The notes beneath the pieces were generated by a model, which saw only the letters and a list, made by a program, of their open reading frames with translations, was not told the DNA's origin and ran no database searches. A DNA stretch of 63,919 bases, the filler included, from Collodictyon triciliatum (taxonomy: Eukaryota), in the NCBI GenBank assembly GCA_043381765.1. It is 4 parts of 4 records of this genome, joined end to end, with 100 filler letters (N's around TTAATTAATTAA, not from the genome) between each part and the next. Parts side by side here need not be neighbours in the genome. Positions count along the whole stretch, not along the records: positions 28,567 to 46,688 come from JBHJMP010000328.1; 3 more parts are not named here. One strand, written 5' to 3'. Shown one piece after another: positions 30,028-42,702 of this stretch. The translations under genes were made by a program, and so were the position numbers. Position 1 is the stretch's first letter. Every line of letters begins with the position of its first letter.

Positions 30028-32294
30028 TTATGCGCGACCAAACACCTTTGCAGCAAGGGCGACCTCGTTGGTGATGATTCCATCTGGCCGCGTAGTTGCG
30101 AGAGGCACATACACAGTGGTTTTCGTTTAATTCTCTGGTCATGAAATCACTTAAATATCTGTCTCGAGAACTATCCATGAACGTGTCCAATAAAAAAAAA
30201 AAAGATACACCAGCCCCTGTTTTCACACAAAGCTGGTGTAGATATGGAAATCCGTGCGTACCAGCGCCGTCAGCGAGAAGTTGGCGCATCTGTCTTTCGC
30301 TGTCAATTGTCCTGTACAAATTACTTTAATCAAAATGTTTTTTTTTTTTTTTTACAATGAATGGATTTTTTTTTTTTTGGTTTCTTTTCAACAGTTTACA
30401 ATGAATGGATACACAGGGAGACACATCCATTACACTCTAGCTTTCTTTCTTTTCTCGTTTTTCCATCAGATCACAAGCTTTAAAAAGGGTATAGAAGGAA
30501 AGAAGGGCGGAGTGGCTGCTATGGAGCCCTGGTAGCTTAAAATCGAATTAAAAAGTAGATGCTTCCACGAAGCAGAAAGAATTAATATTCATCTTGTAAC
30601 ATACCAATAATCAACCGACATCCCGATAGAGTTTGCTGTGCGGATGTAACCAGCTGTGTCAAGGGTCAGCCCAACTGGTATCTTGTTTGTGCATCCGATT
30701 GCGTATATGTTAATAGAAATGAGTTTAATGAATTCATGACCATATCTTCTCTGGATATTTTTCTTTGACAAATAGCGACAGGTCCGAGTATGAATAATAG
30801 TGTGCAACATTCGAAGTCCCACACCTGCAATCGGCTGGAGCGCGGAACGTGTTGGCTACCACGGCCAGAGGCATAGAGAGCAGTGTACTGGGCTACTTCG
30901 TCGGATGCAGCCATGTTTTTTACGTCAGGGGCAAAAGACTGAAACATCTGTCGTCATGTGAATCAGTGAAGTGCGTATATAATGAGGGAGATGTGCGGCA
31001 AAAAAATAATTCTGTTCGGTGACCAAGATGATAGGCTGATGGGAATATTTTCAACACAGAATTAAATCAAAATTTTCACCACCGCATCTTAATGTGAACG
31101 AAATGTTTTATTTCAGCAAATAAATAAAACTCAGGATGATGAGTGAGGAGAGTATGTAAAACCTTTGTCGTTTCAGCGTCGAAACTCCCTGCAATCACAC
31201 GGTCTTGTGCACGGGCCTTGTAAATCTCGTCAGCAAGTAATCGTGCACACCTTTCACTATGCTCTTTCATGTCGATGTTTATGTATCCTCCCACTTGCGC
31301 AAGGACCTCAGCAATAGTCGGCACTTGAAAGCCTCTCCCTCGAAATGGATAGGTGGCGCCATTGTCAGGAGTGAATTTATACCCAGCATCCAACGCCTTC
31401 ACAGATTAAATACAAAAGTCAATTATTACATTTTTTTTTCAAAAAAATAATCACAGATAAATTATTTTTTTTTCCATTCGTTTTAAGGTCGATGCTTCAT
31501 TATTTCTATTTCGGCATATTGTGCTCACATGTGATTTTACAACATCAGATTATATTTACTATCCAGTTCTTTAAGCCAACTTCTTTTAACAAATATGGGT
31601 ACAGTGTCTAAGAAAGGAGCCAAAAATGTTATATGACGAAAATAAAAATAAAAAAAAGTAGATACCCTCAGCTCCTGTAAGGTGTAGTCTTGGACTCGGC
31701 CTGTGCCGTTTGTAGTCCGGTCAACACTTTCATCATGAATAACCTAATGAAAACAAAATCTCGATGATTTTTTCCAGAGCAGAGAATGAGTTGCCGCAAA
31801 AAAAAAAAAAAAGAACACAGTCAGCGCTTTAGATACAATAAAATTATTGCGGAAAGGCCGATGTAAATGCAAACCACAACAACATTATCCCGAGTAACAT
31901 GGACATCCATTTCGTTTGCCGTGTTGGAGACACCAGCTATGTCAAGGGTACTGAGGAAAGCAGGCAGTGTGTTTTCGGGAAAGTCCTTGTAGACACAACG
32001 AACACGTGAGAGAATGATCCCGAGAAAAGAAAAAAAAAGACTGTTTGAAGGAAGGTGCAAACGCCTACTAACTTTAGAGTTTCCCCTGTGACCGTACAAT
32101 ATGGGAGACTTGAGAGCGGCAGACTCCTGCACAAAAGGCAAAAAAGAAAGCCTTAGTGGGCTCTGCACGCACGAGCAGACAACAAAGGCGTACGGGCTTT
32201 GGGAAAGCGAGAATCAAACCTGCAGCGGACGTCCGAAAGTGGACGTCGCCAGCAACAGCGCAACCAACAACGCTGCGAGCAACACGCGATTCAT
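30028..32294 (-). CDS. Glycerophosphodiester phosphodiesterase (GDPD) with signal peptide; about 9 exons
   Basis: MNRVLLAALLVALLLA leader; GHRG, PENTLPAF, EMDVHVTRD, VIHDESVDRTTNGTG, LDAGYKFTPDNGATYPFRG, NIDMK, YW|TIDSE, GA|DGIITN; TAA at 30028-30030. Confidence 0.92.
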
Positions 32295-32524
32295 CCTACG
32301 CGGGAATGCTGGGTCATTTAGTCTGCGGCATCGGACGAACAGAAAGGATGCATGGCTGCAGGGAGCAACGCTTTATGTGACTCTGTTTGTGTGGCTTCGA
32401 CCGAAACGAATCGATTTCGGAGTCAGCAGAAGAATATTGTGGCATGCGTTTTGGGAGTGGGAAATAATCTCAGGTTGGGAGGGCGGGAATATAGGACGGG
32501 GCTGTGGCAGACGAGACGAATTGG

Positions 32525-32595
32525 GATGAGATGAGATGAGATGAGATGAGATGAGATGAGATGAGATGAGATGAGATGAGATGAGATGAGATGAG
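32525..32595. repeat. (GATGA)n repeat, intergenic
   Basis: Direct reading. Confidence 0.95.
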
Positions 32596-32770
32596 GAATA
32601 TCGAATTCGCAAGGCAGCTCTACAGCGACGCTCGGACGAGTATGTTGATGCTTGATAGTTTCTTTCTTTCCTTCTGATTAAAAAAAAATTATCCAAGGCA
32701 AGAAGGAAACGAGACTGCAAGAGCGGAAAGAAAAGGAAGGAGAAGACATATGGCGGCAGAATGCCTATGT

Positions 32771-35700
32771 CTATGTCTTTGTCCGATTGTAGATGACCCG
32801 CAGGACGGATGTACCGTCGTTGTGCGCACCCTTTGGGGCGGCAGCGGTTGCCGTAGTTGCTGATGCTGTTGGTTGCCGTCCAGGCGAGTCTTTCCCAAAG
32901 GGATTGGAGACGCGCAGTCCAAGACGATTGCCTGACATCCGATTCTTGTAGCGCGCCGCGTCCGGCGTTCCCTTCTCCGGCTCCTTCTCGCTGGCTTTAG
33001 GCGACGCCATCTCCTTCCTCAGGCGCATCATCTCCTGTAAGAAATAAAGGCATAAAAAGATGAAATTTGTTGGGAAAAGCATCATTTGGCGATAGTATCT
33101 TATTTGATACACGATTTCAAAGATTAACGCACCAGCTGCTTCTCCTTTGCTATTGTGGTCAAGCGCTCTTTTTCTTGCTTAAGGCGATATTCCTATGGTT
33201 TCAGATTCATTTAAAAAAAAAAGCAAATTAGCACTTGATTACTTCATTAAAAATAAAGTATTACTATTAAAACGGGGTTAAACCCAAAACCCGAACCCAA
33301 ACATGAATTCTGCATGAGAACACTCACCTCAAACGAGGATGTGAAATCATATATTATCTTGAAAAACTCTTGCGGTGCGTATGCTCCTGATTCCTCTCCA
33401 AACGATTCGAGGGTTTTCTCGAAAGACTGCTCAAAGCCCTCAATTCGAGACTTTACATCCTTGATTTGTTCTCGCGCTTCACGAACAAATAACTATAATA
33501 TATATATATATATATATAAATTAGTGCTTGATAGTAGGGTAAATAATGACTGTTTGCCCCAATAATGTTACGGTATGGTTCTTGTAAACATAATTGCTAA
33601 GTAGAGGATAGGGTGTTTCATATTGTTCTAAAGGGATTAAAAGTTGAATCATGATGGCTCGTTTTGAATGGAATTGCAATACGCTGAATTTCTTTTGGAA
33701 CTGGTCCAAGCTATTTGGGTCTTCAGACTCTTGCGATGTATGTTTAGATTCTCGCTCAACAGCTTCAAGATTCTTGTCAAGCTCACTAGATTCCGACTTG
33801 ATAGTGCTCCATTGTACTGACGACGTCAAAGAATCAGTATTTTTTTTCAAACCCAAATAACAATAAGCCAACTCTTAATTTCATACTAAAGCACCAAAGA
33901 AAATTTGCATAGAAATATACTCGACAGTATTTATACATCCAATCCATTGCACATACATTTGCAGGCATCAGCTACATGGAGGAATTCTTTGTGCAACTGC
34001 ACACAATCAGGGTAATTCTTGACTGTGAAGTTGAAGATGTACGACAATAGATTGACCTTGGGGTCTGCCGATTTTGTATCTTTGATCTAGAGCAATAAAT
34101 ATAATTGATGTAATCAGATAATGGTGCTTTCGTACTTTTTTTTTTTGGACAATATTTCAACAGTGTGCGTCCCAGAAGTAATTTTATTGGATTGATAATG
34201 AACATAACATTACATGGAGATGCAAAATATTTCAAAAATATGAAAAGCAGTAGCATATTCAAAAACATACCCTGGGAAGACACTCGATTTTAAAACCGTA
34301 TGCACCGCCACGGAAAGAGCCACCGTTCAGATAGTTACCAAAGGCGAGAACAATCTTTCATATACAAGCCACCACGTTTGATTGATAATTTTCATGTAGG
34401 CAAAATCAAATCAAATCAAATGAAAAAGATTTAAAAAACACAAACCTCCAATACTTGTTTCAGCTTACTATTTCCAATTATTTCAGCTTGGGACTTAGTG
34501 AAGATATCTAGAGACTTTGTGCGTCGAATGAGCAAAAGAGTGGAATTTAGAAATCCATTTAATTTCATGATAAAATAAAGAGCACATAACTGACTCACAG
34601 AAAATGCAAAGGTGATAAATATAAAGTTATCATACGCTTTTTAGCTCCTCCACTTGTTGGTCAAATTTACGCGTAATTTCCCATGCTTTCAGCCGAGATT
34701 CGATGCGAGGGATGCCCATCATCTACACGTTGATTTGTTGATATAATAATATCACTTTAAGGAAGTACTGTGACATATTTTCCCTTGACAATAGTTAAAG
34801 GGCTTAAGGAATTTAAAGTGTTAGACGCTTCTTCAACATACATCAATCATGAACTGGTCGGCGGTCGCAAGTTCTTTATATTGATCTATATGCTCTTTCA
34901 ATGTTTCCATCTGTAGGGATTTAGGTCATCATGATTTTGTCGGCTGAAAAATGTTCAGAATAGCACACCAACAAACGTACACGCACATATATACAAATAT
35001 TTTGTTCCAAAATATGGCTACCTCTTCAGATTTTGGAAGACACTGAATTATTTTTTTCAATAGTTCTGGAGGTATCAACATTTCATCGACCCTGAGAATT
35101 GCATCTTTTATCTGTGTCAATGGAAGCCGAGCACCGGAAAGCATAATGGCTAAAAAAAATAATAAAATAAAATTTAGAAAAATAAAACCGAGGTCGATAT
35201 TTGGAGACTTCAAGACATTCAGGTTTCTCTTTATAACGAAATTGAAGAATTCAGAAAGACAAAACAATTTTTACATCTATAAAAATATTTTTCTTCTGTT
35301 ATAGGGTCATAAACGTTTGGTATTAAATCTTGTGAATCCCTACAAATATTTTGAGCCCGTTGTTGGTCCAAGAAAGTCAGAGGACCAGTCTTCTTTGGTT
35401 TTTCCTTCTCAACTAAGGCGTTTACATTAGTGATGAATCATGGGTATATATTAATTGATTTTTTATTTGCTTTTTTCTAAAAAAAAAAAAAAAAAAGAAA
35501 GATATTGCTGATGTACGTGTACGAGAGTTGTAATTGACCAAAGTGCAGTATTACCTGTCGTAGTGGGAGCTGAGGTTTTTGCAGCAAAGAGGCCCTCTAA
35601 TTCTTTTTGATCAAGAAGGCGAATCACCTTGTCATCCGATACGTCGCTCCAAACAGTCTTTGTAATTTTAGCAACAGGTACTTTCGTCCAAAAAAGCTAT

Positions 35701-38033
35701 TATTTTTGCACTAGGGGTTAGTATTTATATTCCATTTACCTTAGAACAAAAAAGCATCAAGCAAACAAACAAACAAACAAACAAACAAACAAACAAACAA
35801 ACAAACAAACAAACAAACAAACAAACAAACAAACAAACAAACAAACAGAAAAAGAAATATAGAATTTTGAATGCTTGTATTAACGATGGAAAAATTAAGG
35901 TAATGAAAAGGAGATGTGATAAGTTAAAAAGTTTATTTTTCCAAAATGTAAAAGTGACGCAAAAGGGAGAGAAATTCAGGTGTATGCTCTTGCCTGCTTC
36001 ATCGGTACCGCTGGCTTGATGGAATTCTTTGGAGGTCTTGCACCTGACGAAGATGAGAAACATAGATATTTGTGAGGATGTGGATGTGGGACATGAAAAG
36101 TGCAGTTGAAAGAAAAAAGTAGAGTGAAAAAAAAATTGCATACCAGCAGGTGCAATCCCCGTAGAAGTTCCTGGAGGCAGTGGCGGAGGTGGACTGGTCA
36201 ATCCCATTCCTGGAGGCGGCGGAGGCGGCGGATTGAACAAACCCATCATAGGCGGGGGCGGTGGAGGCGGACTCATGAAGCCCATCATAGGTGGAGGCGG
36301 TGGAGGTGGAACAAACTGTGATTCAGAGCCGAGACTGAAAGGTGGTGGAGGCGGTGGAGGCGGGACCGCGAATGCGCCGACAGACATGGCGGATGGACTA
36401 CCCGGTGCATCCATCTTGAACGAGTTTGACGGTGATAGGGGCAGCGGCGGAGGTGGAGGCGGTGGGATGTCCAACGGGATTTGCAGCGGCTGGAAAAGGT
36501 CAGCATCTATCAGGGATGACGATGACAAGTCCTGCTCATCTGCTTTGGAAGTCTCAGCGTCTTGGTGGCCTTCATCCTCGTCGAAGCCAGCGGCGTTGGT
36601 AGTAGCGCCATCTAGGTGAGCTGTGCTGTTTTCCTGTGTGTTTGCGTTGTAGCTTGCTTCCAGAGAGCCTGGAAGCTCTGATGCAGATGGCTGGGTGGGC
36701 CGAGAATGCAGCGATTCTCCTTCTTTTTCGACTTCCTCTTCGTCATGGTGCTGTGCGGAAGCCAAAGGGTGTGGTTCTTGCGTGGAATGTGTGCTCATGT
36801 CATCATCAGGCGTTGCTGGTTGTGGAGCCATCGCTTCTGGGGTGTGCTCAACGTGGCCCTCTATTGTATATTTGTGTCGAGGTTAAAATACGAATGTACA
36901 ATATGGTAGAATATACATCCTGCAACAAGTAAGCTTGCCATTTCAAGGAACCAAAGAAAAACAAATCGAATATATATATATCAAAAGAAAGACCTGTGAG
37001 GTTTTTAGCACTTTGTGATGACCGTAATGCTGTTTTATGTACAACAGGAGAGTGAATATCATCAGTAAAGGTAGATTCTTTTGCATCAGCATTCACACAA
37101 GAGTCATTCAATTCCTTCGAGTCGCTTTGTAACGTTAAAGAATCAGACTCGTGTGTTGCTGGGACATCTGAGAATGCCTGTGATGAAGAGACAGAGGAAC
37201 GCGATTGCTGTCTGGGCAAATGAATGTGCCTGGATGTTCTTGATTTCATCTCCTGTGAGAGTTCGCTGGAAGAATCAAATATGGGCTTGGCGAGTTCTGT
37301 CTCAAGGGCAACATTCCGGAAAGAATTCCACAAGGATGAAAGAACCTCTTTGAAGGCGTTGGCATTTTCATGTTCGTGTGTCCCATAAACAAGCTGCGCT
37401 AATTTCAGTGATGTTACATTGATAAAGCTTTCTTCAAACTTTGTCAAGTACTCGCTAGTGTCCTTCACAAGGATTGCGAGATTCAAGCACGTTTGCTGCA
37501 TCCCACTCCATTGAGTTGAGAGCTTTTCGGAGATTTTTTCAGATAGCTGCCTCGAGTAATTTTGTGCTGAATCCTGTGACTCTTTCACTGCATCGATTTT
37601 TCTTACTATCAGTGTTTTGTTTCATATAAAATAGAGAGCGAATCACTAAGCCAAAACAATTGCAAGATAATGATGCTAATATGACAAAATTATCGCTATG
37701 TCTGCGTATGCTGAATGCAACATACACTGTATCCGTAATTGCTCAGTCTCCTTCTCAAGTTCTGAAATCTAGCAATTTGATTTTGGATTTCAATCGGGGT
37801 GCACATTCAGTTTTTCGCACAAAATATTTTGAAATCTGTTTTCCCTCCTTTTTCAAAAACAAAAACAAAAACAAAAACAAAAACAAAAACAAAAACAAAA
37901 ACAAAAACAAAAACAAAAACAAAAACAAAAACANNNNNNNNNNNNNNNNNNNNNNNNNNNNNNNNNNNNNNNNNNNNNNNNNNNNNNNNNNNNNNNNNNN
38001 NNNNNNNNNNNNNNNNNNNNNNNNNNNNNNNNN

Positions 38034-38128
<95 letters not shown>

Positions 38129-41100
38129 AGACGAAAAAACAAACAAACACGTATATTACCCGAAATTCCAGTCGTTCAATATTTCTACTACTGGCGCGCC
38201 TTTCCTCCTTGAGAATTCTCTCATGCTCGACTGTGGGAACTTCAGGTAAAAATACTGGAGGCATATATATTTAGAGCTAACATCACTTGATATGGTGTTC
38301 GAGGTTGATACACAATTCAACATGTGGCAGGTATGGCTTGCTTGCTGATACGCAGCCAAAACTTTTCTTTTTTTTTTTTTTTTTACCAAAAAATATATAC
38401 ACAAATACTGAAAGTTAATAGGTATTGTAAATGAGCTCACCCCGAGGTATATTTTCGTTCTCCTCGACCATGGAGAGAATCGTAATCTTTTGATCTAAAT
38501 GGTCAGCTGCATATCGGAAGACAGCATCCCTGTTATTGAATCGAGCGGAATAGATGTACTTTAAATAATTATTCGAATAATCGAATCTTTTTGAGTAAAA
38601 ATAAGCTTATTGGTCTGACACTTCTATGCGAATAAAAACCTAAATCATACACTTTATCTACGTTTTCGAATTGAGCTGTCAGCAGGGTTTCAAGAAGCAG
38701 TTTCAGAGATAGTCGAGTCTCATCAACCTTTACGGAATCAATTAGGGACCTTGAAAGTTCGCTTATTGACCTATGTGAGTTTTTTTTCTCTCCCTTAATA
38801 AGTGTTGAAGGTTACAAATGGTTTTTATCGATTAATCTTTTTAGCTTTCACGAAAAACAATTTTAGAGAATATTGCATATAATTCTTAAAGTTCCTGCAT
38901 ACTCTAATATGGGGTCTTTAAAAATTGGAATAATTTCTGTGATTCCCGGAGAGACGCTATTTGTAGATTCGTTAAGTTCTGGACTGATGATTTCGACAGG
39001 CTTCTTGATGGCAGCTTCATCATCTTGCTGTCTACGAATTTCTTCTTTATCGGCTTCATCCTCAAAAATGTACTCGTCAAACTGTTGGTCAAGTTCTCCG
39101 TGTAGGCCGCGATATTTCTGTTATTTTTATTATGATCGAAAACGTTAAAACAAAAGATAATAATCTTGTCTCTCATAATTTTGTGAGAAAATATGCTTTA
39201 TTTCATATAAAAATATGAGTGATTTTTAACATCACCAATATTAAATCCCAGAGCCCAAGTTTGTCAAACTCTTCTCTCAATCCGATTCGGTTCATAGCAA
39301 CCAATTCCATGTTCACGATTCCATTCATCAAAACCATTGATTGTATCTACAAGTCGAGGAATAAGAGTGCATATGTATGTGTATGCTCTTGCGAGTCGAT
39401 ATACTTTATGGGCCACTATATTAAGATGGAAGAAAGGGAAACCTTGATTTCAACGAATTCACTGTCCATGTTCTTGCATAAAATCTGAAACCTTCTTTCG
39501 TTATGGACTCGTCGATAATTCATAAATGAATCTATTACTAATCTGTTGGAATTTTTCTCATAAGTCTTCAAATATACCATCTGTGTAAAGTGTATTTGGA
39601 CATAATGAAAACCTGTATCCGTCTGATTCGTCTGGGCCATGGCAAATGACACACAATAAATCAAGAGCAGTTAATCTACAATCGTTGGAAGTATTTGAGA
39701 GACACAATGTGATGTTTTTTACAAGATTTCTCGCCTCAGTTACTTTCTGAAGTCCTTCCTATCATTCAATTTTGTGCAAAAGTAAGCAATAAACTTTGAA
39801 ACTATCAGATAGTTTATACTTTAGGGGATATAGTTAGTAGCATCGTATAGAATATGACATAACAAAAAGTCCAAAAAATTAATGAAGAATGCATGTTTAT
39901 TCACACAAACTATTTCATCATACCTCGACATTCAGAACACACCAAATGCATTTCAGAATAATGTCCTGAATATTCATACTATTCCTAGTTTGAACTGACC
40001 TGCATAATGCACGATTTTCAGCAATGGTACCAACCCATAGATAAGAGTTCATTCATATCAAAGTGAATGTAAAGGGGGAAAAAAAAATAATAATAAGAGT
40101 GCATAAAAGGAAATGCAACAAAATAAATTGATCATAGCCAAAACCAATAATGTACTGATGGACTAACAAGGTGAACGTTGCCCCGAGAATATCGGCCAAA
40201 CAATCCACGCCCCCTAAATTGATGAAATCAGGAACGTTCATCTCCTCTTGCACGACCATTAGCAGCATTTCTAAATTCTTGTACGTTGGAGCTCTTGTTG
40301 CAGACTCGATGGCGTTCTGGATACTTTCAGACGAAGCCAGTGGGGCGGAATGATGAGATTCGCCAGTGTGCGCCACAGAGTCTGACGAATGCATTGAGTT
40401 GGGACTGTGGAATGTCGTTGGATGTGTGTGGTGAGCACTCGAGAGATGCAACGAGCCACCCTTTCCAAAGGCCTGGACTGCAGCACGACGAAATGAGCCT
40501 GTAACACCAGTTCGAGACGTCGGAGAAACAGACCGCTCTGATTTCCGGGGAGAGAGAATGTTTGTGTTGGACCGTATGCGAGGGGCATTACTCGTTTCAT
40601 TGGATGGTGCTGCTTTAGTGGGGGACGTGTCGCGTCTGGGTGTGACATGGAAAGTATGGCCTCTGTTCTGAAAGAATGGTGCAGGGAGGCTGCTAACGCG
40701 ATCTTCAGGGAGAGGGCTCAGTGGTCTCCTTTGATTGGTGAATCAAGAACATGGCGATAAGTGACATACGAGTGCGGTAAAGGAATGAAAGTTGATTGAT
40801 TGCATATCAAATGGAGGGGAAAGGATGTATTTTTTTTTTTGGATGCACTATATTTGTTTCAAAAAGAATTCATCATGGTTTCAGCAGGCATACAAAGTAA
40901 ATGACTAATGATGTGTAGGATACATGATTCGAGCTTCACGACCATTATAAAAACACAACAAGGATGAAGGATGCGTTGATTTACCCCGTGCTGGATTCAA
41001 AGCTGAGCGGTGATGAGGTAAATACAGTCTGAGACCGTGCAGAACGGTCAAAGTCAGGTGAAGTGTGATAAAATGGTTGGACATGTCCAGTCACCAACGA

Positions 41101-42338
41101 TTCGAAAGACACTTGGAGCTGATTGGTGGGTGCGGGGGAATGTGATTAAATCAGTCATGATCGCTCATTCAACAATAGTTGTTCGAATCAAAAGTATCAT
41201 GTCCGTATTAATATTTTAAAAAGTCAAAAGAATTGCTAGGAGAAGAAATATTGAAGTTGGAAGTGTCGTCGATGAATCATCTGAATCAATATCTTCTTTC
41301 GAGGGAACAAAAAAAAAAATAGTAGTAAAAATAGAATGTAACGTTAGTAAAACACAGTACTGCATCAAACTCACCCTCAATACACCATCGCCAATCGGAA
41401 GGTCATACTCTCGACTCTGTGAGTCGTTAATTGTCATGACACCACTGCCCAGTTTCTTGAGAGGTCGCTCTTTTCTTTTCTGTAAACGAAAAAAAAGAAA
41501 AAAAAGTCGAAATAGGAATAAGCAAAGTGAAAAAAAAATAAATTCAACAGCACTTTTCTTATCGCCCAGCTGTATTCTTTGTTAAACTCGAGGATCACAT
41601 ATGTGCATAATATAAAAATGAAAAGAAATAAATAAAACAAAAAAACAAAAAAACAANNNNNNNNNNNNNNNNNNNNNNNNNNNNNNNNNNNNNNNNNNNN
41701 NNNNNNNNNNNNNNNNNNNNNNNNNNNNNNNNNNNNNNNNNNNNNNNNNNNNNNNNNNNNNNNNNNNNNNNNNNNNNNNNNNNNNNNNNNNNNNNNNNNN
41801 NNNNNNNNNNNNNNNNNNNNNNNNNNNNNNNNNNNNNNNNNNNNNNNNNNNNNNNNNNNNNNNNNNNNNNNNNNNNNNNNNNNNNNNNNNNNNNNNNNNN
41901 NNNNNNNNNNNNNNNNNNNNNNNNNNNNNNNNNNNNNNNNNNNNNNNNNNNNNNNNNNNNNNNNNNNNNNNNNNNNNNNNNNNNNNNNNNNNNNNNNNNN
42001 NNNNNNNNNNNNNNNNNNNNNNNNNNNNNNNNNNNNNNNNNNNNNNNNNNNNNNNNNNNNNNNNNNNNNNNNNNNNNNNNNNNNNNNNNNNNNNNNNNNN
42101 NNNNNNNNNNNNNNNNNNNNNNNNNNNNNNNNNNNNNNNNNNNNNNNNNNNNNNNNNNNNNNNNNNNNNNNNNNNNNNNNNNNNNNNNNNNNNNNNNNNN
42201 NNNNNNNNNNNNNNNNNNNNNNNNNNNNNNNNNNNNNNNNNNNNNNNNNNNNNNNNNNNNNNNNNNNNNNNNNNNNNNNNNGTGAGTGCGATCGCCGGCG
42301 TTCTGCATCGCAGCCTCAGCAAAAAGAGATCGAGCCAT
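32771..42338 (-). CDS. Formin (FH3-like, coiled coil, FH1, FH2); 5' end crosses a gap
   Basis: Poly-proline FH1 at about 36140-36480. FH2 motifs FWTKVP, TVWSD, LEGLFAAK, FLDQQRAQNI|SIMLS, IPRIESRL, LAFGNYLNGG, GAYGFKI. FH3-like MVLMNGIVN...IGLREEF. Start and last exon uncertain. Confidence 0.88.
35763..35847. repeat. (AAAC)n repeat, intronic
   Basis: Direct reading. Confidence 0.95.
37855..38127. repeat. (AAAAAC)n plus poly-A flanking a gap, intronic
   Basis: Direct reading. Confidence 0.9.
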
Positions 42339-42702
42339 TGAATGAAATAAACAAAAATACTAGAGTGATAAACCCGCTCTGCGCTGCCCCAACAGAAAGG
42401 AAGTGGAAAGGCCGAAGAAGCAGACAAAACCGACGGCAGCAAACGGGCATCGTGCACCCAATCGCAACCCCTTATCTGGAATATATTGTCTCCTCGCAGC
42501 TTTGCTCCTCTTCACCAAGACTTTGCAATCGCACCGACATTTTTCTGTTCTCTTTTTTTGTTCCATCTCCATCAGCATATTGAGCCGCACCTCATCCGCG
42601 GATTCGCGGTGTCAATATCGCAAATGGAGAGGCAATTGTTTATTTCATGCAGAGTCCAGTACACGAGCCCGCTTTGGCGCAGCCGTAGAGAAGGGTGCAG
42701 GG

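Noticed and set aside
28949-30144. Long ORFs on both strands in a GC-rich stretch, and a box C-like GTGATGA near 30071
   Set aside because: No recognisable protein features; the motif is the antisense of the last GDPD exon and has no matching box D.
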